A DNA stretch of 64,000 bases, from NCBI GenBank assembly GCA_030390025.1, contig CM059430.1, forward strand, positions 57,536,001 through 57,600,000, given 5' to 3'. The stretch's first letter is position 1, and each line of letters opens with the position of its first letter. Below the pieces are notes generated by a model, which had not been told where the DNA came from, did no database searches, and saw nothing but the letters and a program-made list of their open reading frames with translations. Shown here one piece after another: positions 48,491 through 63,104 of this stretch. Source of the stretch: Squalus acanthias (Eukaryota). The translations under genes and the position numbers were made by a program.

Positions 48491-49845
48491 TTAATGATAT
48501 ACCCGAGGCCAACTTGACCTCTAAAGTCAGTCAGAGTTTAAAGCAAGCCGAGAGAATGAGCTAGATCTGGCTCTGTGGCAGCCTTTCACCGCGTATAAAG
48601 TGAGCAAGGATCAGTTTTACGTTGAAAGGTCGTGCAAGAGAAGCGTTTCTGTTGCTTTGGCATTTTGACGAGGACTGTAAAGTTTGTAATTACTATAAGC
48701 AGGCTGTACCGAGTACTGTTTATTTTTCTGCATAATGGTAAACAAATACATCTGGTGTTCACATCCTTATAGTAGTGGCCAGTGATGCTGACCCCAAATA
48801 GAATAAGTACTATGAAAACTCCAAAACGCAACACTCAATTTAGATGGAACGACATGCTAGATATTTTCAGGGGCGGAGAGTTGGTCCATACATTTCAAAG
48901 TATAGGGTGTTTAATTTGAGATTCACTCGGTTCACAATCAGATCAATTGTTTCCCACCACCCCCCCCCCCCCCAAATCCCAATACCATTCCTTTCAATAT
49001 TTTTTAATAATGTGCCATGCTCCCTCTATTTTTTTCCAATGCAATTTAGTTCTCTTTTCTTCATAGCTTAATGATTCTTTTTCCCTGACTGTCTAAGCCT
49101 TTCCGATAGAATAGTAACCAAAGCTGGACAAACTACACCATGGTTTCAGTGTCTGTGTTATCTTCTGGATTATAACCTGCAGCTCTGCTTAGAAGCTGCA
49201 ACATTCTAATTGCCTTAGCAGCTGTTGCAACCCAACGTGGCAACACTGACCCAAACACACCTCGACCGTTTTCTTATTGCTGTACTATTTTGAAGTAACA
49301 CTTCTAGTCACTTAACAACTTACCTGTGTTTTTGGTGTCTTTTAGACTTCCTCCTGTATTTCAGAAGTGCCAAGTGTCAGTCATCCTGTATTATGGACCT
49401 TTGCGGTACACCGAGTGTCTCAATTAAAAATAAAACTATTCCGGCTGTGGAAAATAATCTCAAGAAGATTAGGGATGTTGTAAAATACAGATAACAAAAC
49501 TGTTGAATGCTAGATGTAAAGGAATGTTGCCATGAAAACAATACTTAAATTGCAAGTTCCAGGCACTTCTCTGCTCACTGGATGCTTTTTGAGCAAATGT
49601 TCGGAATGCTGAAAGTTGTAAAAGGCCATCACTGTGTAATCACTATCACCGTTTCCAAAATGTAAATGCCATTTACTGTTTAGCTATCCACTTGCTAAAT
49701 GTTGGCTGGTCTCCGAATATTTTTCACCCAACTTTTCTCATCTGCCTAGATATTCCCATTATAATATTTGTTGAGGATGTGGGCCAATCTTATGAATAGT
49801 ACGGGATCACACAGCTGATTCCCGAAGGATTCAACTGCCCAATTA

Positions 49846-50900
49846 CAACAACAACAACTTGCATTTATATAGCACATTTAACATAGTAAAACGTCCCAAG
49901 GCGCTTCACAGGAGCAATTATCAAACAAAAGTTGATACTGAGCCACACAAGGATACATTAGGACAGGTGACCAAAAGCCTGGTCAAAGAGGTAGGTTTTA
50001 AGGAGCACCTTAAAAGGAGGAAAGAGGTGTGGAGAGGTTTAAGGAGAGAATTCCAGAGCTTAGAGCCTAGGCAGCTGAAGATATGGCCATCAATGGTGGA
50101 GCAATAAAAATCAGGGATGCGCAAAGGCCAGGATTGGAGAAGCACAGATCTGGGAGGGTTGTAGGTCTGGAGGATGTTAGAGATAGGGAGGGACGAGATC
50201 ATGGAGGAATTTGAAAACAAGCATAAGAATATTTTTATATATATATAAAAAAGCGAGGTGATGCTGGACCAGGAGCCAATGTAGGTCAGTGAGAACAGGA
50301 GTGATGGGTGAACAGGACTTGGTACAAGTTAGGATATAGGCAGCAGAGTTTTGGATGAGCTCAAGTTTATGGAGGGTGTAAGGTGGGAGGTTAGCCAGGA
50401 GAGCATTGGAATAGTCGAGTCTAGAGGTAACAAAGGCATGGATGAGGGTTTCAGCAACACGAGCGGAGGCAGAAACGTGCGATGTTACGGAGGAGGAAGT
50501 AGGCGGTCTTAGTGATGGGAGAGTATATGGGGTCGGAAGCTCTGCTCAGGGTCAAATAGGACAACGAGGTTGGGAACAGTCTGGTTTAGCTTCAGACAGT
50601 GGCCAGGAATAGCGATGGAGTCAGTGGCTAGGGAACGGAGTTTGTGGGTAATGGCTTCGGTCTTCCCAATATTTAATTGGGAGAAATTTCTGCTCATCCA
50701 ATACTGGGTGACGGACAAGCAGCATGACAATTTAGAGGCAACGGAGGGGTCGAGAGAGGTGGTGGTGAGGTAGAGCTGGGTGTGTCAGCGTACACGTGGA
50801 ACCTGACATTGTGTTTTTGGATGTCGTCGTCGAGGCAGTATGTAGAGGAGAAATAGATGGGGGGGGGGGCTAAGGATAGATCCTTGGGGGACAGAGGAGG
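49846..50900 (-). mobile_element. L2-type LINE 3' fragment
   Basis: acaacaacaacttgcatttatatagc tail; FHVYAD, QLNIGKTEA, LWNSL. Confidence 0.8.
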
Positions 50901-52454
50901 TAAAATCACCCATTTGCCCAGTGAACTCTAAAACATGTACCCACCATTCCCCTGCTTGTTTAATATGCTCTTACTCCATCTGGGCCTACTGTTTTGTGAG
51001 CCCCAAATGATTCAATTGAGTTCCTTTATGTTTGTGGTGTCCAAACTATGGTGCATGAGCCCAGAGTATCCACCCTATTAAATGTAGTTTCTATTTGTGC
51101 TTAGATTCCATACTCCACTTTCTCCTGTTTGAATCTTGTAGATCTGTTGGTTTGGAAGAGTTTGGTCTCAGCACTGCTCCCTCACTGATGAGCATGCCCA
51201 CAGAGAGGGGTGTAGACTCCAAACCAAATCACCACAATAGTCAAACAGGAGAAAATCAGCAGAGTAAGAAATATAAGCAGCAGAGAGCAGGCTGATCAGC
51301 CATCCAACAATGGAAACGTTCCAGTGCAGTGATGCAGAACATTTTGTGTAGACCCATTAAATAAGTCTCCCAAATTTGTGGAGCTCAGTACACAGAGAAT
51401 GATATTCCAAACTCGCACAAGAAAATTAAAGCTCAACACAAAACTCCATTACTGTTCTTTGACAACAGAATCCCCAAATAGTGAAAACTGTCACATTTGT
51501 GCTTCTCTTAAGCCGTTTAGTTTTGGGGTTTAGCTTCGGAGTTCATTTTATTATTGCAAACCAGTTATGTCCATATAATCTACTTCTGACCTTACTAGAC
51601 ACAAAATTCTACATGGAATATGGGGGACTGGTAAAGACTTCCACACCCAAAACCTTTATAAGTTAGATAACTCTCAACTGATAAAAACTTGGACGGCGGT
51701 AACTAAAAGTTGTTGTAGGTCAGGTACAACACTATGTGGTACGAGCTAGCAACGCATCAGAGGATTGAGAGGACATCAAAAATAAAATTGAGCAAATTTT
51801 GAACACTTTACCAGCAGCCGAACACCAAGATCTGTTCCCGTCAGCAGTTTATGATATATGCAAATTAATAGGAATATTCATTTAAACTTTAGATTAAGCA
51901 GGTGGGGCTCCATGGTTTGCACCAAAATGGCCTAAGAGAAAAGGTTTGGACACTGCTCTTTTACGACCGTTGCATTGCCGCCAGCCAATTTCTCCACAAA
52001 CTGCAGCCTCCTCCACTTTACTTATCCGATTGATTATTATAAAAGATGCCTACAGTATTTACAATTAGAAGCTTTACCAATTACCACACTTCCCCAGCCG
52101 GCCCAGGCTTATTATCAGGCTGCAACACACCACTGTAACTTTCCAGCATCACAAACACAATTATTTACTTCTGCAGCAACAAGTTAACTGGTCGAATGCC
52201 AGACACCACCACAGGATACAGTCAGCTGTTTAATCTGGGCACTCCAATGACACAATCAGGTCAAACCTGCACAGAGTCATCCACTGAAAATCGGTGTCAG
52301 AACTGCTTTTAACCCAATCAGGAAACATTTTTTTTTTTTTTTGAAGACGAGAGTCCCAGCTGAAGGAAATGTTGGTTTTAGAGGAACATTTTCAGTATAT
52401 AAAATGTATAACAAGATTATGAATTTTTAATTTTTATTACCCTGTGCTACAGTA

Positions 52455-52776
52455 AAGAAGGACTTGCATTTATATAGCGCCTTTCACGACCACCGGACGT
52501 CTCAAAGCGCTTTACAGCCAATGAAGTACTTTTGAAGTGTAGTCACTGTTGTAATGTGGGAAACACGGCAACCAATTTGCGCACAGCAAGGTCCCACAAA
52601 CAGCAATGTGATAATGACCAGATAATCTGTTTTTGTGATGTTGGTTAAGGGATAAATATTGGCCAGGACACCAGGGATAACTCCCCTGCTGCTCTTCAAA
52701 ATAGTGCCATGGGATCTTTTACGTCCACCTGAGAGCGCAGACGGGGCCTCGGTTTAATGTCTTATCCGAAAGACGG
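52455..52776 (-). mobile_element. 5'-truncated DeuSINE-like SINE
   Basis: Core and tail match the 32270 copy in reverse. Confidence 0.85.
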
Positions 52777-54368
52777 TAATAAAGCATTCTCACAATTTGA
52801 GTAGCATGGCTCTATTTTGGGGATTTTACAACAGGTATCATGAGCTAGGGAATTTTACAAGGTAAATTAGCTCAAATTAGAAACAAAATTCAAATTTTAC
52901 TTGACTTTTTTTTTTAACTATTGCAGTACCCGATTTCTGCCACTGAATGTCACTGGTGCTTGCAAATTCAGCAACATGCTGCACAAAGTGACCTCTTGTG
53001 GAAGACAGCAGTACTGCAACAGGCGAGCGACTTAAAGGCTAAATTGCCAGCAAAATTAGCAATGAGGGGGGTCATAACTTCATTCTTTTCTCAATTTTGT
53101 TGTCAAAACTAGTTAAGCGGACAACAGAGAAGCATTTTTCTCCTGGTAGAGACACCTCAGTACCACATGGCCGTCTTCATGAGTTGCTCCGTCCTTTCCC
53201 TCCATCTCTTTTGTGTCCGTCTCCCTATTAAATATTACTGCTTCCGCCACATTTGAATTATGAAATTGAAATCATAGCAGTTTCACACTGCAAGGAAAAG
53301 GTAAAACATCCCCAAGTCCCCAGCACTGTTCCCTGCCTTTCACTGAAAGAGGACGCAGGGGTAACAGTAGTAAGGACGTACATGAGCAGTCAGGATGGCG
53401 ACTCATACTGGATCAACTAGCTACGATGCACTTGTCTTACGGCCCATGCCACCGTGAACCAGGAGATTAAATTGCAGCTCACCATCAGAAAATGCATCAA
53501 AACAAGATTACCTATCTGCATTCCACAAGTATAGACACAAGCCCTGGTTGGGCAGTCAAAGGATGGCGAGTGACCAAACTGCCAGGATAACCTGCTCAAC
53601 GCACTTTGCGAAAGGATTTTTTTTTAACTCCCAACTATCACGCCGGCACAAACCCGTGTGTGAAGGTGCGACATACTTGGTCCAACTCCCTTTGTGCCAT
53701 CGGAATGGACAAGAATCTAATCAACTTTCCAGACACTGTGTACTTGCAGAGCTGTAAATTTATTCCACCGACAATGGTGAAAATAGGTTGCAAACTGCCA
53801 TCTTAAATATTTACAGTGAGTTATGGTAGTTTCCATTTTATAAAAATAAGTCAATTCAAGCACAGAGCCCCTTGGTACAGTTTCCTCTCAATCCATTATT
53901 CTTGCCAGGTGCCAACTGTGCACATTATCCGAATCAGTAATTCATTCTTTACTCAAGCATGGCAAGGACGTGGATTCACGTTACAAAATACATTTCCCAC
54001 CAATAAATGTCCTTGTAACAAAACGAGTGTTCTACATGATGACAATAAAATAAAACCAAGAACTGAAGAAAGAGGTCCCAATGTCTGTACTGGCTGATTT
54101 GTTTAGAACAATTCTGTTCCCAGGGAAATATAAATATAAAGCAACCAAACACAATGTCTTTGGTAGTTATGGTTGCCGTAAAAAGGTCTCCTCAACTCAG
54201 CTAAAATCACATTGTCTTTAAATGTAGCCGTGTCAATAATGTCAGCAAACCAATCAAGTGTCTTTAGTGGGTATTCTTACAACACACTATGCTCATTTGG
54301 AGCAGCCAACAGCACAATTCTCTGTCCTCAGTGGAGGTGTCTTGATTAGCCGTTGCCCACTGTCCCAA

Positions 54369-54563
<195 letters not shown>

Positions 54564-56112
54564 TTAAAAACAAACAAATCACAACTAAATGCAACAGTAC
54601 TCAACCTCCTTCATCATTGAGCTAAAATAGAGGAACCACAAATAAATTTGGTTTGGCGCTTAGTGAGTTGATGAACAGAAGTAGCCCAATAAAGCAAGGA
54701 GTCATAGTCTGTAAGTGAACTTATATATGCAAAACCCAAGAAATGGATGAGCTCTAGCAGCTCCACTTAAGGAAGCAGTCCCTGCTCCTGCAGTTTCAAA
54801 ATGGAGGATTGAGGCATTAAGTGTGCAGATACCATCTTCTGAATTTATTATGTGGAAATGCAGTAGAATACACACTGCTGATGCTGAAGAGCCATCTTAA
54901 ATAGGACAAATGATTCACATCTCAAATAATGCATCTTCTCTTCCCTCCCCAAAAATATCCTCCCAAAATTGAAACAGCCAATCATACCATTGCAAATGTT
55001 CAATAAACTGGTATGAGCAGTATCCAGGCTGGCAGCTCACTTGGAATAAGATAACAGCATAACAGATCCAAAAGCCCCTCCCTCACAGTTCATTAACGAA
55101 CTGTGAAGTACATTTACCTCAACATCTCAATAGCTTTGGATGCTTCCTGAGATAAAAGGCTGTGCAATAAAGTGGAGCTAGCTTTAACAATTCCTACACT
55201 TTGGACTATGAAAATGAATACCGTGATTGGTTCTGATTCAGCACCCGGTGGGCTGCATGGTCTGGATTGGCCAATGAAGCTCTATCCAGAGTTATCTGGA
55301 ACTATGAAGGGCCGATCCTGTGCTAGCTCGGAGATTTGACCTCAATTTACCGGCAACACTTCATCCTCCTTGTACATTTGGCAACCACTGGTTGGCTATC
55401 CATGCAGCACGGAGTGTGGAATTTGAACAAGTTAATCGTCTAGAAGTGGGTTTATGTGAAGGTAATGTTATAATTTTTAAAAACTGAAAGCCCTGGCATA
55501 TTAGAGAAAATGGGGAGAACTTTATACTGGTAGTTTCCTTCATTTACTGCTGTAGGATTCTCCTATTTTGATATGAAAATACAGATCTTCAAAGTCTATG
55601 GTCACAAGCCAGTCTTCCTGGCACAAGCTACTTTAGTGCAACATTAAACATTATTTTGAAAAATAAGACATTAAACTGAACAAGTGTACTTATCCTGTTA
55701 GTTGTATGAATTCAGCTGGCTGGTTTTGCTGTGCTGCAGATCATTGAAGAACAATAGAACCCATTTCTCTAAAGGACTGTCTGCTATTCTTACAATTTGC
55801 ATCTTGAATTGCCTTCCAACTATCCTGGTGACATCAAACACTTGCAGCAGACTAAGTATGTAGTTTGAGATTTACACCACCCTAAAAAAAATCATTCTCG
55901 CTGTAACTAGTTCATGCTGAAAATTCCCTTTGTTGAAGTAATCTGAAGACAAATGGAGCATCAAAGCCAGAGAATGCTTATTTCGATTCGAAGATTTTCA
56001 ACAGTATTTTACTTACTCAGCTTCGCTCATCTTCTTCCAACCCCACAACTACTTAATACCACTCAGAAATCAAAGAAGTCATCAGAAAAAAGGTCTCCCA
56101 TTATGATCTTTA

Positions 56113-56246
56113 GGAGAAGTCGCACAACACCAGGTTATAGTCCAACAGATTTACATTAAATAAAATTAAATAAATCTGTTGGACTATAACCTGGTGTTGT
56201 GCGACTTCTCATTTTTGTCCACCCCAGTCCAACGCCGGCATCTCCA
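56113..56246 (+). mobile_element. Short Penelope pLTR insertion (family A) with inverted 5' duplication
   Basis: 14-bp TSD CATTATGATCTTTA (56099-56112, 56247-56260); perfect 40-bp inverted arms 56114-56153 and 56171-56210. Confidence 0.85.
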
Positions 56247-56569
56247 CATTATGATCTTTAACAGCGATGCAAAGGCATTATCAATCACATGAAAGGTCAC
56301 CCAGCGTTTCACATCACACAATGTGCTCAGCAACGATTCTGAATCTAGCTCAGAAATGCTAAGAATAAAGAGTTATTTGTGCACACCTTCCCATTGTTGT
56401 TTCACTTGTGAAATGAGTCACTGGAATGCACACTCTTCGACAGTCTGGGCTGGGAGGAGTCACCAGTATAATCACCCTGTTTTCTGCTCACTTTCCAATT
56501 CGCAGCAGTGGTTTGGCAGGAAAACTGATTGCACAATGCGCTAAAATTGATTTCCGCAGCTTACGTTTA

Positions 56570-56800
<231 letters not shown>

Positions 56801-59329
56801 TTACTCCAGAAGCTCATTTACTTTATAATACTTTGCTATTTTAAGTAATATTCACAATTTGCAACTTGGATAACTTCAAGTTAAAACTCGTGTTGGAAAT
56901 CAGCCTTTGTGGGCTGGATGAAAGGGGCACAAATAATTTAGAATAGAAAGCTGCTGCTTAGTGGAAGTCAAAGATTTAAATCCCTGGACACAAAAGACTT
57001 CCTGAAAAGAACATAATCTGGGTTTTTTGAGAAGACAGGGTGGGGGTTGTGCAAAACCAGCTGTCAGGAAATTCTTTTGTAAAGCTAGAAAATAACAAAT
57101 GAAGTTTCTGACTGGAATTTCTGTTAACGACTAGCCCTGATAAAAATGTCCTTGTGTTTGGCTTTCAACGTCAAATTCTCTTTAGACATTTCTGTATTGA
57201 AGTCCAGTATTAATTTTGTACTCTCATTGCCAGTTTGAAAAAAATATATATGCAAAGGTGAACCAACCACATTTTCAATCGTCACAAGCCCGTTACACAG
57301 GTCTTCCTCGGGATGGAACATGGTATTTCAATAGCATCCCATGGAACATACCACTGATGCAGATACTGCCCCCTAAGTATTCTGGAGCAAGCAATTTGCT
57401 ATCATTACAACCATTAACCTGCTTAATAGTGACAGTAACAAACACCCATTTTTAAAATTGCTGGTAGGTCACAAGGTTGTGATCTTAAATACATGAATTG
57501 AATTCGGCAATGAAAGAGATAAGCATCTAAATCTAAGCTGCATTGGATCACACGAATTGTATAAAGTTAGTGGGGACTTGTAAGCTACTGCATTTATATC
57601 TATATTGCATATATTTTGAAAGAAAGATACATTCCTGGTATCGTGGATATGGCTTGCAGTCCCATAGTCCTAATGTGATCCAGGACACAATCTCGTATAT
57701 CCCAGGTGGAGGTCAGGATTACTATTTACCTTTATAGAATAAGGACTGGAACCATGAAAACTTTAGGGTACGTGGGAAAACAGACAACAAGCAATCTTTA
57801 GGATAGATTAGCATATTTATTTTTATTCCAAACATGACATTAAACTTGGTATCACCATTCTTCTAGTTAGCTTTGCATTTTTAAAATAGATTCTGGTTGC
57901 TGATGTATGTTAGTAAACAACATACTAAGCTGTCTGCAGACAGTCCCATCTCCAGTGGAGGAGAGGGGGTAGGTAATTTAGCTTAGTGGTTTATATCATG
58001 TCCTTGAAATACTAATGTATGCAATGTTGCCAGCGTGGAGGGAAGACAAAACATATCTTTGATTACTGTAACCAACAGAGGTGAATGTTGGAGAAGTTGA
58101 GCCTGGAAGTGATGAAAGCATGCATGAGCATTTCAGCAGCAGTGGGAGAGGGGTAGGGACAGAGGCTAGAGATGTTAGAGAAGTCTTGGTAATCTTGCCC
58201 CATCAATGCAGATATTGTATCTATTTAACTATTGTATTTCTATTATCTTTATTTGAAGTCTGGATCACGGTCCTCTCATAATGCAATAGTTTAACTGCAG
58301 TAATTTGAAGTGTCTATGTTGCTTCAAATACGGTCATGACAACATAGCACCTTGCACAGCATGGACCTTCTAGGTCAGACACTAGTTTATATTTTTTGAC
58401 AATTCCTTCTAAAATAGTACAGTTTTTTTAAAAAAGAAATATCAATTCTCTGTGCCTAGCAGGCCTTCTCTTTCAGAGCAAGGTGAATCGCTGACAATTG
58501 CAAACTAGTTATGTGCAGCCACTCTTCAAACCCCACCTTGGATCAACCAATCTTCAGTACAATAAAGGCACACAATAAACTTCACAGCAATGCAACTTGA
58601 TTGAGTAGGAGTTCATACCCCAGTATGAAAAAGCAAACATGCCATTCTGACTTTATACAAAGGTAACATTACTCAGTGTCAACTTTAAGGAAACTGCTGA
58701 GCAATGCAGACATTGAAGAACGCCTGAAAATCCTATTAAAAAGCTTGCAAAAAAACACTGCTAACCTTGTATTAAACATTTACAGGGCTAGAGGATACAA
58801 TTGTAAAATTAACCAATCTCTATATAAACATGGAATGGTCTCCCATCCAAAGTATGTCAATTGAGTCAAACAGGCCAAGAATAGATGGGTTACAAAAGGA
58901 CGAGTGATTGTACAGAATCGCTTTCAAAACTTTTCAATGTTTTTGCCCTCCTGCAGATTAACCAGCAGTTTAAAACTCCAGTGGAATTTTACCAGGAGAG
59001 GCAAAACAGATGGTCACTTACTGCCCACTCGATTAGGTAATGGGCCCCAACTTCCCTGTACCAGTGGTATGTTGGTTTTACTTACACAGGCCAGGGTGGT
59101 GTCTTTTAGAGGGCATATTAAAACATATATCAGTTACTTCTCCCTCCCCCAAATCCAAAGTTGTCTTCCATATTTTGGGAACTATCCTGATGAGTTCCAC
59201 TGATAAGTGTAAGCATAACTGCTATTAGTACAAATGGGTCAGGGGGATTTCGGCCAGTCAGACCTGTGGTGGTCACGCAAACATAATAATTAGATTAGTG
59301 CTTTTGGATGATGTCACCAAGGGGTACCA

Positions 59330-59990
59330 TATAAATGATGCGAAGGAATTATAGGTGACAAAGGCATGGATGAGAGTTTCAGCAGCACATGGGCTGAGGC
59401 AGGGACAGAGGCGGAGAAAGTTAGGAGTTGGAAGTGAAATGTATTTGTGATGGAGAGGATATGGAGTTGGAAATTCAACTCCCGGTCAAATAGGACGCCA
59501 AGGTTATGAAATATCTGGTTCAACCAGAATCAATGGTCTGGGAGGGGGATGGAATCAGTAGTGAGGGTAAGGAGTGTGTGGTGTAAGTCGAAGATGAGGG
59601 CTTTAATCATCCCAATATTTAATTAGAAGAAATTGAGGCTCATCCATGACAGGATATCGACAAGCAGTCTGACAGCAATAGCAGTGGAGGGGTCAAGAGA
59701 GATGGTGAAGGTGTAGCGCTGGGTGTCATCAGCACACATGTGGGAGTTGACGCCAAAGGGCAGCATACAGATGAGGAAGAAAGGGAGCCAAGGATAGATC
59801 CTTGGGGGAATTCCGAGGCAACAGCATGGGGAACCATTGGTGGAGATGCTCTGGATACAATTGGATAGGTAAGAGTGGAAACAAGCAAAGGCAATACCAC
59901 GGAGCTGGACAACGGAGGAAAGGCGTTGGAGGAGGACGGTGCGGCCCACCGTGTCAAAGGCTGCAGAGAGGTTGAGGAAGGATGTCATTT
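59330..59990 (-). mobile_element. L2-type LINE fragment
   Basis: LNLSAAFDTV...LLQRLS, HMCADDTQ. Confidence 0.8.
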
Positions 59991-60099
59991 GCAACTTTGG
60001 TTAAGGCCGTGTCGGTGGTGTGGACGGAAACCCAATTGGAAACATCCAGATTTAGCTCTCTGCCTACACCATCAATACCAACTCTGTCACTACCCTATC

Positions 60100-60860
60100 T
60101 TGACATTAAGATGAGTCAATTTCTTCCTGTGGTGGGTAAAACCAAAACTAACCTCTGGCTTGTACCAGCATCTACATCCCTCTGCCTCAGATATCATCAG
60201 CCCCAGTTGCTACCTCAGGCATAGTCTGCTAGTTTGGAAGCCTTGGCGACCTGCTTGATTCCAAGCTTAGCTTCTTTCATCATATCGGATTTGGTACCAA
60301 GACTTCTGTCATTTCCGAAGTACTGTCTGCTTCCACCCTTACCCCTCCGATACTCCTACCCTCACCATCTTAATGCTGTAATTCTCCAATATTGTCCTAG
60401 CTGGCTACACCGCCACCTCAAACTGCAACCTATCCAGGACACCCCAGCACGTGTACTCTCCAGCACAAAGTCACACACTCCCATTTCCAATTCCTTGCTA
60501 AACTCCACTTGCGTCTCTTGCCACAGAAGACCGTCACCCTAATCTCTCCATAGACTCACCACACCCTACCAGATTTCTCAACTTCACATTCTCTAGCACG
60601 CTTCATTCCTGACTTCCACTGTTCCACCATCAACACCTGTTCTTTTTGCTATCACACCAGAAGAACCCCTGAAAAGCCCTCGCGTGCCAACTCTCTCCTT
60701 ACTTTCCAAACTCTTTGCAAAACCCTTCTTTGGAACTTTGCCCACCTGTTCCCCAACCTTTATTCCCCTTTCTCTTCTGTTTAGTGTCTATATTTTTCTT
60801 CTCTCTACCCTGTGAACGGCTGAGACTCTCCTCTAAATAAGTACCATAGAACTGAAGGTT
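60100..60860 (+). mobile_element. Old L2-type LINE 3' fragment
   Basis: Decayed KLQPIQDTPARVL...SHTPI resembles the L2 LQLVQNAAARVL motif. Confidence 0.55.
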
Positions 60861-60999
60861 ACAGTTGAGTGAAATTTAAATACTTGCTTCACTTTGGACT
60901 TTTTTTTTAAAGTTGCTAGTGTTTTGTCACCTCATTATCATTTGTACAAAGACAGATTGATATGAACCAAGATGTAGATATCTGCTGTCACACACTAAC

Positions 61000-61126
61000 C
61001 TTGGTGCCGTCTCATTTAGAGGTTGCGGTTTGGCCCAGGATAAGTGAGGACATGCTGGCAGAGGACGCGGCTTGGGATCTGCAAGGTGCGGTTCAAGAAC
61101 CTTGGAAAATCGATACAAGTGGTTGC
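61000..61126 (-). CDS. MBTPS1: MBTPS1 exon ([43 protein letters not shown])
   Basis: attcttag / AG|gttagt; 127 nt; phases consistent with neighbours. Confidence 0.96.
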
Positions 61127-61590
61127 CTAAGAATTTGGATAAAACAAAATCAGAATCGAATGCTGTTCTGAAGGATATCCTGGATTTTAGAATAAAACTT
61201 TAAATATTTTGGGGTGTTCGTAAATTCATCTCTATAAAATAATTTAAATAACATAAAAGTTATACAAAAGTAAATAGTACCAACTCGCATTCATGTATAC
61301 GAAAGAAAGTAACTAATTTTACTTGAGAAAAGAAACAGTTCAGTGTTCCAGCTTTTCAAAGAACTCAACGTGCAATTTATGTCTAAACCAGCAGGGGGAG
61401 ATGGAGCATGTTTGCATGAAGCTGTGTTGGAATAAATTTTCTGTTGATCTCTTTGTATTTTAATTTATCAATTATGAATTGCACAATGACAGACAGTGGT
61501 ATAAATTCTGTCATCAGGAGTTTGTCACCAATTAAAATGTATCACCAATTAAAGTTCAGTCATCAAAAATTAACAAGTTTTGCATTTATG

Positions 61591-61770
61591 TAAGAACATA
61601 AATAGGAGCAGGAGCAGAGTTAGGCCATACGGCCCCTCGAGCCTGCTCTGCCATTCAATAAGATCATGGCAGATCTTCGGTCTCAACTCCACTATCTCGC
61701 CCGATCCCCATATCCCTTGATTCCATTAGAGTTCAAAATTTATCGATCTGAGCCTTGAATATACTCAACC
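61591..61770 (-). mobile_element. CR1 3' fragment
   Basis: taagaacataaataggagcagg...ccattcaataagatcatggc tail. Confidence 0.75.
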
Positions 61771-62146
61771 AGTGTCGAGCCAACAAATAATGGAAAATAA
61801 GTACGACACTGATGAGATACTGCAATTGTTGACATCATGTATGTACTGCACATCAGGAAATTCCACATTTAAAAAATATTTCAAGACAAGTTAATAAATG
61901 TTTTTGGGGATACTGCATTCCTGATCTAAAGCTTCTCATTTTCATAAAATTTCAGTTTTACATTTAATAGCATCAATAATTGAAAATGACCATCTTGATA
62001 TATGGACAAATCCCAGAGTAAAGCCTATAAATCAGATAAAGGAGGAATCACATGTTTGCAGATGGAACACTGAAGAGACTTTATGATGGAACATCTCCAT
62101 AGTACAGTTTTAATTGAGTCACTACTTTACAAACAAACAGCCTTAC

Positions 62147-62278
62147 CTTCCATCCTTTCTGGTAGGGGGTGGTCTGTCCCAGAAGGAGGTTGCTGCCGAT
62201 TTTCAGAGTGGCTTAGGCTCGGGGGCATCACCCCATATGAGGTGTACTGAAGGAGAGCATCAAGCAACCAGAAGCAGT
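62147..62278 (-). CDS. MBTPS1: MBTPS1 exon ([25 protein letters not shown]...PERME); upstream exons lie outside the window
   Basis: ttgtccccag / G|gtaagg; 132 nt. Confidence 0.96.
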
Positions 62279-63104
62279 CTGGGGACAAAGGACAAATGTG
62301 TAGTCAGTGCTACAAACTCCAAAAAGTCCAAAATCTATCAATCAATCATTCAGGTGACAAAGTGCAAAAAAGCCACCAAGAAAATAAAATGCTATTAAGG
62401 GCCCGATAAAAGGACCCTCTCGTACCAGAGCTTTCCACTGGTCACCAACCCGTAGCAAAATCCCTCTTTACAAAGAGTAACATTGTATTATCTTAACAGA
62501 GTATTCAAAGTTGGCAGCAATCCATACTGTGCAAAAAAGGGATTTAAAAACTCTTGGAGATGGACGAACAAACCTACGGCCCAAGCAGGGCCACTATTTT
62601 CATCTGGCTGAGCAGCAGACTGTTGTACTTTCCATCCACCCGCAACCTAACACCTGTTTTCCAGGCGTCTAATGGGACATACAGATGTGATGAGCTCAGT
62701 AACGCACCAGGCACTCCAGTTGAAATGGGGCTTAGCTTGAGGAATAGATTCACTGACTGCACAGAGAACTGCACCTCATTACCTCATTTTTGCATAGGGA
62801 TAAATTATGAGTTCTATAATTTTCTCCCATCAACAAAATCAAAATCCTACATCAAATTCTTCAAATGGACCAAGGGTCTCTGTTTGCAGCAATAATCAGC
62901 TAAATACATGTTAACTGCATTATCTATACTAAAGAACCTCTGGTGACATTTTCTTAGTGAGAGAAGACATGGTTTTATAATGACAGCAGTGTTATACTAT
63001 GTAAACACACAGTACATGCACTGTATAATCTATATACAGAGCAGTATCTGTGCTAGGTATTTACACGTAGGTATTTTGTATAACTCAGATATGTGTATGC
63101 ATTC

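Larger units (their letters stand above)
45150..49570. repeat. Old tandem duplication: copy A ~45150-46400; copy B ~47157-49570 (interrupted by SINE + CR1)
   Basis: Collinear shared blocks: gagctttactacaatgtca; agtgagcaaggatca; tgttgctttggcattttga; gaagctgcaacattcta; ttttagacttc..tatttcagaa; caagttcca.gcactt. Confidence 0.8.

Noticed and set aside
48586-48834. Minus-strand ORF with a hydrophobic N-terminus and RCIC, resembling a CXC chemokine
   Set aside because: GTG start, intronless, later Cys spacing not chemokine-like, and the paralogous copy lacks the leader and CXC.
62554-62895. Additional MBTPS1 exon
   Set aside because: Translations do not resemble S1P; treated as intron.
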